From IMG/VR virus record IMGVR_UViG_3300035701_000003: a stretch of DNA of 64,000 nucleotides; one strand, written 5' to 3'. Source of the stretch: a virus. Of the stretch, positions 37,031 to 45,238 are shown in pieces. The translations under genes and the position numbers were made by a program. Below the pieces are notes generated by a model. That model did not search any database. It was not told where the DNA came from and was given only the letters and a program-made list of their open reading frames with translations. Position 1 is the first letter of the stretch, and each line of letters begins with the position of its first letter.

Positions 37031-37154
37031 AATACGTCTTATTTCAAGCATAAATGGTCTATAAACAACTTCTATAGTAAACATGGTATAAAGTATAGGT
37101 TTAACGAATAACAACTGAAAAACTAATTTATAAAGATTATGATTACAAATAACA

Positions 37155-37499
37155 ATGGTTAATATATCCCCTTCTCATTACAAACCTTTAAGCGCTAAAA
37201 TACCCTTAGGTGACCTTTCCTTCAATTTAGATGGCGAAAAGAGTTTTGATAAAGTACCTTCTTTGAAAGATATTTTACTTTCTCAAGAAGTATTTTTGGA
37301 TTTCGAAATAAAAATAAAAGATTGTAAGTATCAAATTAATACTTCTAAAGGGAAAATGCAAAAAGCGAAAGTAGTAAGTTTCGATGGCAAATACTTTTCC
37401 TTCGTTAGCTTTAACTACACGTGTTTTATAATAACGAAAGCTGTCAAAGCATCCGATTATTGTTTATTGGGAAATATTTTATATAAAGTTCGGAAATAA
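37155..37499 (+). CDS. hypothetical protein
   Basis: 114-aa ORF. Confidence 0.6.
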   Translation: MVNISPSHYKPLSAKIPLGDLSFNLDGEKSFDKVPSLKDILLSQEVFLDFEIKIKDCKYQINTSKGKMQKAKVVSFDGKYFSFVSFNYTCFIITKAVKASDYCLLGNILYKVRK

Positions 37500-37500
37500 A

Positions 37501-37725
37501 GTGACTTCTATAAGAGTATTAAAAACCCCTAAACGCGGGGAAAAATATTACTACATTGGATGTAGTTTAGGTTTATTCTCTGTAAAAGAAGAAATTTTTG
37601 CTGATGACACAACGGATCAACTGCGTTTGAAGCATTATAACATGTTTGAATTTTCTAGAGATGCTGAAAAAGTGCTTAAAGAAGTTACTAAGATTTTTGA
37701 GGATATAGGAGGTAATAAGTTTTGA
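37501..37725 (+). CDS. hypothetical protein
   Basis: 74-aa ORF with GTG start; P..G..YYY...D...GN-like pattern. Confidence 0.6.
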   Translation: MTSIRVLKTPKRGEKYYYIGCSLGLFSVKEEIFADDTTDQLRLKHYNMFEFSRDAEKVLKEVTKIFEDIGGNKF

Positions 37726-39125
37726 ATAAATATATTTCCTGGAAACTTTTAATAGTTATAGTAGGAGTTATTTGGGCGTACTCTTCTCATTGGCTTACCG
37801 ATGATATTTTTATTACCTTTAGATATATCGATAATTTATTAGCTGGTAATGGATTAGTTTACAACGTAGGAGAAAGAGTTGAAGGGTTTACACATCCATT
37901 GTGGTTGACTATGTTAATTCCCTTTCATCCTAATCTTGAATTAGGCGCTCAATTACTCGGGCTATTCTCCTTTGCCGGAGTGATCTTTCTTCTGACTCGT
38001 TCCGGTTGGTTAGCTGCAGCTCTAGTTGTATGTAATATGGATATGCGAATATGGGCAACTGGCGGACTTGAAACGATGTTCTTTACGTTCCTGATACTTT
38101 TATCTGTTTGGGCAGTTCGAGAAAAGAAGAATTGGGTAGGTTGGGTACTATTAGCTATAGTATTAACGAGACCCGATGGACTTCTAGTAGCAGGTATAGT
38201 ACTATTATTTACTGGATGGAAGACTGGGAAACCTTTATTACTACTGATTCCCTTTTTAGCCCTAAGATATTTTTACTATGGAGACTTATTACCTAATACT
38301 TATTACGCTAAATCTGGAGGTAATTTTTTATTTTCTACAGGACTTTATTACATCTGGATTTATATATCTGTCCATGTAAGTATCTTTTTAGTATTAGCGG
38401 GTTTCAAGTTTATTAAGAAAAAAGAAATAGCATTACCAATGGCCCTTATATTTGGCTATCTATTTTTATTTGTAGTAATGGTAGGCGGCGATTTTATGTA
38501 CGGGAGATTTATTACACCAGTAGTACCTTTGATTTATTTTGTTATAGAATACTTTCTACAAACATATAAGAACGTTTTTATACTTGCTACAGTATTATTA
38601 TTATCCTTTGTAATCGAAACCGGTCTTAGACAGAATTTGTTTTATGATAACAATCAACATAAACCAGCTTTTATATTACATGGTATTACCGATGAAAGTT
38701 GGTATTGGACCCACGATTTAGGTAATGGATTTAGTATTAGGGATATGGATAAGATGTCAGGAACAAGTATTAAAAATCTTTTCGGGGATACTAGATATGT
38801 AGTGTTACTTAGAAGCCAATGCGCTTTTGCTTATTACTTGGGAGTAAAACAAACTTGTGTCATGAGTGAGGGTCTAACCGATAAATATATCGCTAGATTA
38901 CCTAGTAATGGCGAGGGTAGAGTAGGGCATGAACGAAAAGCACCCGTGGGATATATTCAAAGGCGCGGGGCCCAATTTTTATTTAGTAGGGCGCGTTTGA
39001 GCGATTACTACCCCGATAAACCCAACATAGGAGGCTTATTCGCCAACTTTCCAATCGGTAATGGATTTCAGATACATGGAGAAATTTTGAAATACGATTC
39101 TTTAGTAGCTTTATTATTCAAATGA
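37722..39125 (+). CDS. polytopic GT-C-fold glycosyltransferase-like membrane protein
   Basis: DDIFITFRY..N...GNGLVYN.GERVEGFTHPLW, GGLET, TRPDG and YYGDLLPNTYYAK, plus about 10 hydrophobic segments. Confidence 0.8.
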   Translation: MNKYISWKLLIVIVGVIWAYSSHWLTDDIFITFRYIDNLLAGNGLVYNVGERVEGFTHPLWLTMLIPFHPNLELGAQLLGLFSFAGVIFLLTRSGWLAAALVVCNMDMRIWATGGLETMFFTFLILLSVWAVREKKNWVGWVLLAIVLTRPDGLLVAGIVLLFTGWKTGKPLLLLIPFLALRYFYYGDLLPNTYYAKSGGNFLFSTGLYYIWIYISVHVSIFLVLAGFKFIKKKEIALPMALIFGYLFLFVVMVGGDFMYGRFITPVVPLIYFVIEYFLQTYKNVFILATVLLLSFVIETGLRQNLFYDNNQHKPAFILHGITDESWYWTHDLGNGFSIRDMDKMSGTSIKNLFGDTRYVVLLRSQCAFAYYLGVKQTCVMSEGLTDKYIARLPSNGEGRVGHERKAPVGYIQRRGAQFLFSRARLSDYYPDKPNIGGLFANFPIGNGFQIHGEILKYDSLVALLFK

Positions 39126-39196
39126 ATAGGTTGTTTGGTTTTAAATCGGAGAAAAACGAAAATACTAGACGACTTAACTTATAAATAGGAGGTAAT

Positions 39197-39511
39197 ATGA
39201 AAAATAGCATGAGGGACAGAATAATAAATTGTTTAAACTTATTAAAAGAAGAAACTAATAAAAGACTCACAATCTATAATCAAGGCATAGATTTAATTAA
39301 TTATGAAAATAATTATACAAAAGTTGCATTGGATTTGATTACATTTAATCTATTTTTAATGAATAAAAAAACTAAAAAAAGTGAAGAAGATATAAAAGAG
39401 GAAATCGGGTGGTGGTTATATGAAGATGTCGAAAAGAAATATTGGGTGGGTAAAAAAGAATATGATGTAAAGGATGCTAAAGATTTTATAAAATTCATGT
39501 TGGAGAAATGA
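39197..39511 (+). CDS. conserved phage hypothetical protein
   Basis: AGGAGG RBS; I.WW.YE motif. Confidence 0.7.
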   Translation: MKNSMRDRIINCLNLLKEETNKRLTIYNQGIDLINYENNYTKVALDLITFNLFLMNKKTKKSEEDIKEEIGWWLYEDVEKKYWVGKKEYDVKDAKDFIKFMLEK

Positions 39512-39678
39512 ATATGACACAATTACAAGTAAAAAGATTATTAAGACAAAATAAACTAAAATGGAGCGGTTTTTCTAAATGGATGAATGGTCAAACTGTT
39601 AAAATGAAATTTGGTAAAATTGATTACTATTCGGCCGATGTTCTTAGATATATAGATATGAAAATTAAAAAAAAATAA
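39508..39678 (+). CDS. hypothetical 56-aa protein
   Basis: Hand translation ...KWSGFSKWMNGQT...DYYSADVLRY...; ATGA overlap. Confidence 0.6.
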   Translation: MNMTQLQVKRLLRQNKLKWSGFSKWMNGQTVKMKFGKIDYYSADVLRYIDMKIKKK

Positions 39679-39703
39679 AATACAACTTAAAATATGGTAT
39701 ATT

Positions 39704-40020
39704 ATGAATTGGATGTTAATAAAAGAGAAATACAAAAAGGGATATAGATTGTGGATGCAAAACGAATTCCCTGATATTGAGGAAGATTCATTAACCCTTA
39801 TGGGTTTACCAGAAAATTATAACAATAGAAATCTCTACGACTTCTTTGATGAGCAGGGGATATATATATAAACGTATATAAATACTCTGCCAAATGGTGG
39901 GCTTGTGATATTGCCTCAAAGAAAGTAGATGAATCAGAAATACAATTCCATTCTCACACACTCGCAGAAGAACAAGCATTTCTTAAAGCGTTTGAAATAT
40001 TAGAGGAGAAGCTAAAGTGA
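39704..40020 (+). pseudogene. hypothetical gene frameshifted in an (AT)n run
   Basis: Frame 1 ends ...LYDFFDEQGIYI at TAA 39869-39871. Removing one TA from 39860-39870 continues into NVYKY...AEEQAFLKAFEILEEKLK* (104 aa in total). Confidence 0.7.
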
Positions 40021-40074
40021 AGCGAAACAGAAAAGTAACTATATTTAATAGATAACAAATTAGGAAGTTTAATT

Positions 40075-40368
40075 ATGATAGAAGATTTAACACCTTTGAT
40101 AGAAGCCGCTACTAATGAATTTCAAATTACTTTGAATTACTTAAAAAAGACTACCGGAGAATTTGTAACTCACACTGGCGGTATTTATGAAATAGGCCCC
40201 GACAAGAACACAGGAGCAACTGTTATATGGTTATGGGATACTGCGCTAAATGATACTATAAGAAAATTTTTGCCAGAGAATGTTCAAAGTTTTCAAGTAT
40301 TAGGTATCAAGTTTTTTAGACCACAACCATGGCCTATTAAAATTAATGGGGCTATAGTAGTACCTTAA
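40075..40368 (+). CDS. hypothetical protein
   Basis: 97-aa ORF. Confidence 0.65.
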   Translation: MIEDLTPLIEAATNEFQITLNYLKKTTGEFVTHTGGIYEIGPDKNTGATVIWLWDTALNDTIRKFLPENVQSFQVLGIKFFRPQPWPIKINGAIVVP

Positions 40369-40557
40369 ATGCCCTTACGTTTTATTTATCATATTTACAA
40401 GACCTCTGAAAAGAGTTTATGCGGTAAACCTCATAAAGATATATTAGGGATAGATATGGATTACGATCAAATTCTAAAAGTGGTAGAAGAAGCTAATGGA
40501 TTTATTAGTTTATGCAAGATTTGTGAATCTATAAAAAAGAAGGAAGAAAAGAAATGA
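40369..40557 (+). CDS. small Cys/His (Zn-binding?) protein
   Basis: H.Y...LCG...CKIC. Confidence 0.6.
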   Translation: MPLRFIYHIYKTSEKSLCGKPHKDILGIDMDYDQILKVVEEANGFISLCKICESIKKKEEKK

Positions 40558-41099
40558 AATTATGTATTATAATTGATGGAGAAGAATTATTTTTCGATGC
40601 TAAAACATTTGAAATAACTAACAACCGTTATGGAGACGTCGATGTAGCGATTGAGGTTTGTACCGAAGATTATATTAAAAGTCCCTTACTGCCCGCGGTT
40701 GATACAAATATTAAGTACAAAGTGCCTGGTTTAAGAAAACCCTCACGCGGGGGTATTTCTAGCGACACTACTGAAACTTTTCCTACCAAGTTTCCTTTAG
40801 TAGATGTTAAGGATAACTTATTATTTATTTTAAGAGCCGAACGTAACCTACATGTGGTAGGGGCATTGAACCCAGAAGAAGGTTACGAAGCCGTGGAGAA
40901 AGTTATAGTGACCCCTGCTATATCTTGGAATAATGATAACTATTATGAAACGATGGAGAATCTAATTAAAAACTTAGTAAAAACAGAAAAGGAAATTATA
41001 GGGGAAGATTTCTTTCTTATATTAGAAGCACCTATGGTGTTAAATAATTTAAAAGAATGTTACGTTGAAGAAAAAGTTAAAATATTTAAGAAAAAATAA
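40554..41099 (+). CDS. hypothetical protein
   Basis: 181-aa ORF, ATGA overlap. Confidence 0.7.
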   Translation: MKLCIIIDGEELFFDAKTFEITNNRYGDVDVAIEVCTEDYIKSPLLPAVDTNIKYKVPGLRKPSRGGISSDTTETFPTKFPLVDVKDNLLFILRAERNLHVVGALNPEEGYEAVEKVIVTPAISWNNDNYYETMENLIKNLVKTEKEIIGEDFFLILEAPMVLNNLKECYVEEKVKIFKKK

Positions 41100-41451
41100 C
41101 GTAAGAGGTTCCCTTTGGAAAATGGGACCTTTATCCCGACTTCGTTTCGATAAAATCTCTGAATTGTATCATAACGAGTTGTTTACTGTAGTTCCTCGAA
41201 GCGTTGATATAAGACAAGGTATATTTCCTGATGATCAAGGCATGAATAAAAAGAGTGTTATATTATGGGATAATGTTTTCAGTTTAATCACGTTTCCGGA
41301 TGACAAATATAAAATTATTTCCGTTGAAATCCCCCACTATATTAAGTATTCTAGATTACACCGTTTAATAGGATCTACCTATACCCTCCCTTATATTTCC
41401 AACAAATGGAAATTAGAAGAAGTTACTTCTTTACCTTTGTATAGCACTTAA
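41065..41451 (+). CDS. hypothetical protein
   Basis: 128-aa ORF; true start uncertain. Confidence 0.5.
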   Translation: MKKKLKYLRKNNVRGSLWKMGPLSRLRFDKISELYHNELFTVVPRSVDIRQGIFPDDQGMNKKSVILWDNVFSLITFPDDKYKIISVEIPHYIKYSRLHRLIGSTYTLPYISNKWKLEEVTSLPLYST

Positions 41452-41505
41452 AAGTTCACGTGTGTTTTAAAGTATATAAGTTTTAACTATTAAGATAGGA
41501 ATTAT

Positions 41506-41640
41506 ATGTATGTATTTGTTATAGGAATACTTTGTTTTATAACGGGAATTTTTGTATCCCCTTTTGTTTCTATCAAATCAGCTTTTCTAATTGGAAGAGT
41601 AGCCGGTTTTTGCGAAGGTTTAATTAAAAAAGTTAAATAA
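41506..41640 (+). CDS. small membrane protein (44 aa)
   Basis: Hand translation MYVFVIGILCFITGIFVSPF...; AGGA upstream. Confidence 0.5.
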   Translation: MYVFVIGILCFITGIFVSPFVSIKSAFLIGRVAGFCEGLIKKVK

Positions 41641-41701
41641 AAAAGAGAAAAGTTATTCTGTTAAGGAGTAACGTTTTTATTTCACAAATAGAGGTAATCT
41701 T

Positions 41702-42448
41702 ATGAAAGCGACTACTAAATTGCTTATTAAATCACTAACCTTCTGCTTCGCGGTAACTGCCTTGTTTTATGTAGCTTGTCTTAAAATCTTTATACCGAGT
41801 GTTCAGGGACTACCGACGAATCCTTATACTTCTAATTCTTATGAGTTATCTTTAGTTAATGCTGACTTGGGTATGTATGATTACATTTCTGATGTTACTA
41901 AGTTAACTATATTAACTGCTATGGATTCCGCTCACAAAAAATTCCCCGATGTGCCTATTGGGTTAATGCACGCTATTACTAGAACCGAATCTGAGTATCG
42001 TTTCTGGATTGATCATCCTATTGTTAAAGTTAGTGTAAAAGGGAAATTAGTAACTACTAACGCTATAGGTTTAGGTGGAGTTATATGGGACTTTTGGAGT
42101 GATTCTCTTATTGCTCACGGCATAGCTTATAACAGATCTGACCTTTATATTCCCAATGTTGGTATAATGGCGGAGGCGTGTATATTACATATTATAATTA
42201 AAGATGTGATGAGCAATTTACCGAAAGAAACTAGTATTCTTTCACGAATACAATCTCAATATTATGGCGCCTATAGTAATATATATATGAGTAGGATGCA
42301 ACAAGTAACTTCCGACCTTTGGATGAAGCGAATGGCAAGAGAGATAAAGGACGTGTATTTAAACATTAATAAGTTGGTAGTACCACTAACGGATACTATA
42401 CCGAGTTGTTATAAAATTTCGGAAGGGCAAAAGGAGTTAAAGAAATGA
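41702..42448 (+). CDS. membrane-anchored lytic-transglycosylase (SLT/lysozyme-fold)-like protein
   Basis: N-terminal TM; LMHAITRTESEY (catalytic-Glu-like ES), AIGLGGV, DLY.P..GI. Confidence 0.6.
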   Translation: MKATTKLLIKSLTFCFAVTALFYVACLKIFIPSVQGLPTNPYTSNSYELSLVNADLGMYDYISDVTKLTILTAMDSAHKKFPDVPIGLMHAITRTESEYRFWIDHPIVKVSVKGKLVTTNAIGLGGVIWDFWSDSLIAHGIAYNRSDLYIPNVGIMAEACILHIIIKDVMSNLPKETSILSRIQSQYYGAYSNIYMSRMQQVTSDLWMKRMAREIKDVYLNINKLVVPLTDTIPSCYKISEGQKELKK

Positions 42449-42594
42449 TAATGTTTATATCGGGCTGGATAGTTGGTTATATAGTTATTATAGTAGCACT
42501 TTGGATGGGTATTAGTTATATATTCAAAGAACAGGAAGAAATGAAAGATATACAAACCGAATCTGATTTATTTAATTTTAGGAAGAAGAAATGA
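42445..42594 (+). CDS. small membrane protein (49 aa)
   Basis: Hand translation with ATGA overlap; hydrophobic N-terminal half. Confidence 0.5.
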   Translation: MIMFISGWIVGYIVIIVALWMGISYIFKEQEEMKDIQTESDLFNFRKKK

Positions 42595-42645
42595 TTCGGG
42601 TAATAATAGCAGTTGTTATTATACTTTATTTATTTAACTAAATCT

Positions 42646-43404
42646 ATGAATAATGTACCTTTTGATCTTTTAGGTAAATCACCTTGTAAATATCATATAG
42701 CCTTTACAGGTTCTTTAACTGCTGGTAAGAGTACTTCCGCCCAAGCTGCTCAATTTCTTTTATCCCCTTTTTATAAAGTACATGTGTGTCATTTTGCTTA
42801 CGACTTAAAGAAAATAGCTACTGAACATTTTGGGTGGGACGGCAAGAAGGATGATAAAGGAAGGCGGTTATTACAAGCTATAGGTCAAGAAGTAGGAAGA
42901 GATTATGACCCTTGGATATGGGTAAGAAAGTCCTTAGAAAGAGAAAGAGAATTATTTGGGGCTAGAATAGGTCAGGAAGATTGTATTGCTATTTATGATG
43001 ATTTAAGGTATGATAATGAGGCAGCTTGGATTAAAGATGTTACAGCTGACTGCGCGGGTTTAATTATTTATGTAAGCGATAATATTGAGAAGGATGCATC
43101 TGTTCTTAATCACGAGTCAGAGAGAGGACTTTCTTTTCATAAGGCTAACTACCGCATCCACAATAATTATAATGCAGTCGCTTTGGTAAACGCTATTTGG
43201 GCTATGCTAAATAGTTATGGATTTCATACTTTAAGAAGGGATATAGAAACTTCTCCTATTGAAAATGTCTTAAAAGATAAGTGCCCTTATCATTTTGTAG
43301 TGTACGGGAGGTTATATGCGTGGGTAACCTCCCCCCACTTTATGGCAGACGAAGTTACTATTTGTCCTCATTGTAAATTTATATTATCCAATAAAAAGGA
43401 GTAA
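42646..43404 (+). CDS. deoxynucleoside monophosphate kinase
   Basis: P-loop GSLTAGKST, FA.DLK, R.LLQ.IG.E.GR..DP.IWV, DD.R..NE and HESE; ATG at 42646 is likelier than TTG at 42613. Confidence 0.85.
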   Translation: MNNVPFDLLGKSPCKYHIAFTGSLTAGKSTSAQAAQFLLSPFYKVHVCHFAYDLKKIATEHFGWDGKKDDKGRRLLQAIGQEVGRDYDPWIWVRKSLERERELFGARIGQEDCIAIYDDLRYDNEAAWIKDVTADCAGLIIYVSDNIEKDASVLNHESERGLSFHKANYRIHNNYNAVALVNAIWAMLNSYGFHTLRRDIETSPIENVLKDKCPYHFVVYGRLYAWVTSPHFMADEVTICPHCKFILSNKKE

Positions 43405-43407
43405 TAA

Positions 43408-44211
43408 ATGCCAGACGAATCGACAAAAAAATGTAATTGTATTTGGTGGGCTTTAGGTACCCTCGTAATAGCCTGTTTAGGGGTACTACTTTATATGCAC
43501 GTTCTCACTCTTCAAAAGAATTTAGAAATAGCCCGTCAAAACCTTGCGGCAGCGAAGGATTCTGTACGTTATTATCAAACTCAGTATGGTATATTTACTC
43601 AAAAATACGTGAGAGTAATTACAGATAAAGATAGTTTAGCTCAACTCTTAGAAAAACAAAATAGGGAATTAGTAGTATATCAGGAAATGAATACACGATT
43701 ACTTTTACAGTTAAAAGAAACTCAATCTCACGTAACACAAATAGATGAAAATACCTTAATGTCGCCTATTTATAACACTTACAGAGATCCGGGGTTAGTA
43801 GTTAATATTTATGATACCGTAACCTTTAGAAGAGCTAATTTAGAAGCGCCTTGGGTTTCTTATAGTAAACCTACCGTGGAAGCTTTAATGTATTACAGAA
43901 TGGTAATCTTTAAAGACGAAAAGGGATTATTAACCGGTTCTGTTGAAACTTTCTCTCCTTATCTTAAAGCTACTAAACTCTCCACAAGTATAGTAGATAA
44001 CTATATTCCCCCTTCTTGCACCGACGAATTTCCCAAAGTATTTGGTTTTTCTATGGGGGGTAGTAGCCAATCTGTAGACCTTGGTATCTTTCTACGTGTT
44101 GGTTCTTGGGGTATTAACCCCGCTTATTCTTTTATGATGCGATCCTATGAGGGGTTCCATCCTAAAGCATATGATAAATTAAGATTAAACATTGTTAAAT
44201 TTATATGGTGA
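43408..44211 (+). CDS. membrane-anchored coiled-coil protein (spanin-like candidate)
   Basis: N-terminal TM, coiled coil, beta-rich C-terminus; near the SLT gene. Confidence 0.45.
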   Translation: MPDESTKKCNCIWWALGTLVIACLGVLLYMHVLTLQKNLEIARQNLAAAKDSVRYYQTQYGIFTQKYVRVITDKDSLAQLLEKQNRELVVYQEMNTRLLLQLKETQSHVTQIDENTLMSPIYNTYRDPGLVVNIYDTVTFRRANLEAPWVSYSKPTVEALMYYRMVIFKDEKGLLTGSVETFSPYLKATKLSTSIVDNYIPPSCTDEFPKVFGFSMGGSSQSVDLGIFLRVGSWGINPAYSFMMRSYEGFHPKAYDKLRLNIVKFIW

Positions 44212-44214
44212 CTT

Positions 44215-44436
44215 ATGCCAAAAGGTATTTTAAAATTTGATTTAAGCGATGCTTTTGAAGAAGAGCTGTTTAAATTGGCTGTAAAAAGCAAAGATTTTTA
44301 TTTTGCTGTTCAAGAATTTGATCAATATCTTAGAACAGAAGCTAAATATATGAATGATAAAAAAGCCCGAGAAATGAGAGAGTTATTATATGCTTACTTA
44401 GGGGATCATGGTGTAAATTTAGACATGCTATCATGA
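44215..44436 (+). CDS. conserved phage hypothetical protein
   Basis: L.F.L...E...A...DQ.LR...KY pattern. Confidence 0.7.
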   Translation: MPKGILKFDLSDAFEEELFKLAVKSKDFYFAVQEFDQYLRTEAKYMNDKKAREMRELLYAYLGDHGVNLDMLS

Positions 44437-44441
44437 AATAA

Positions 44442-44454
44442 CGTGTATATTATA
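44442..44454 (+). promoter_or_regulatory. CGTGTATATTATA motif
   Basis: Third exact intergenic copy. Confidence 0.5.
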
Positions 44455-44459
44455 CTCAT

Positions 44460-44759
44460 ATGATAGAAGCATATACAAAAAAAGATAAAAAAGTCTATTC
44501 TTTTAATACGAATAACGTTAACGGGGTACTTTATAAATTAAGCGCTTTGAAAATAATTAACACTATTAAATATTTACTAATAACTACTTTTGAAAATTTA
44601 TCTACTTATTATTGTAGTAATTGCAAGAAGAGAAGTTACTTTGAAACAAGTATCTTGTTCTTAGATCTTATTTGTAAACATTGTAATACTGATAACAATT
44701 TATTTTTCGTAGGGTTTAAACCTTCCGAGAAAGGGGTAAAACATAGATATGATATTTGA
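44460..44759 (+). CDS. zinc-ribbon protein
   Basis: CSNC...CKHC. Confidence 0.65.
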   Translation: MIEAYTKKDKKVYSFNTNNVNGVLYKLSALKIINTIKYLLITTFENLSTYYCSNCKKRSYFETSILFLDLICKHCNTDNNLFFVGFKPSEKGVKHRYDI

Positions 44760-45114
44760 ATTCTCCTCCGAATTACCTATAGAAGATTCTACTATAATAT
44801 TAAAGCATCTTAAAAGTGAAATAGTTACTATAAAAGATTTTGAAGGTAACGAAAGTAAATGTGCTCAATGTATGATGCCTTTGAAAAACGGCGAAAGAGT
44901 ATTGCTTTTATATGATACTATAATCCAAGACCAGCAAATAGAAATGAATAAAGAACTTTATATAGTTCATATAAAGAATTCCGCGGGGAATCTTTGTTTA
45001 GAAGAATTCATTTCTAGATTATTAAATAGCCATTCTCTCCCGGATGGATCTACTGGTGGTAGTGGCGAGTTAACTATTGTGGGCCCCATCGTAAGCACCC
45101 CCAATCCTACCTAA
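44749..45114 (+). CDS. hypothetical protein (CxxC...H...C)
   Basis: 121-aa ORF. Confidence 0.65.
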   Translation: MIFEFSSELPIEDSTIILKHLKSEIVTIKDFEGNESKCAQCMMPLKNGERVLLLYDTIIQDQQIEMNKELYIVHIKNSAGNLCLEEFISRLLNSHSLPDGSTGGSGELTIVGPIVSTPNPT

Positions 45115-45238
45115 ATGTGATAAACATTTAGATTTTGTTATATATTAGTTATAAAAGTTTAACTTATTAAGTATAATGAAGTCTTCCTCCTTAAAATCCA
45201 ATTGACGACTTAGAGAATTTTATGAGGATAATGTAAAA

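Noticed and set aside
41652-41682. Possible intrinsic terminator GTTATTCT-GTTAA-GGAGTAAC-GTTTTT
   Set aside because: The stem is weak (two G-U pairs, AT-rich); not supportable without folding energy or RNA data.
30724-45238. tRNA or other ncRNA genes in the intergenic gaps
   Set aside because: The gaps are short and AT-rich with no cloverleaf or T-loop signature by eye; tRNAscan or Infernal would be decisive.
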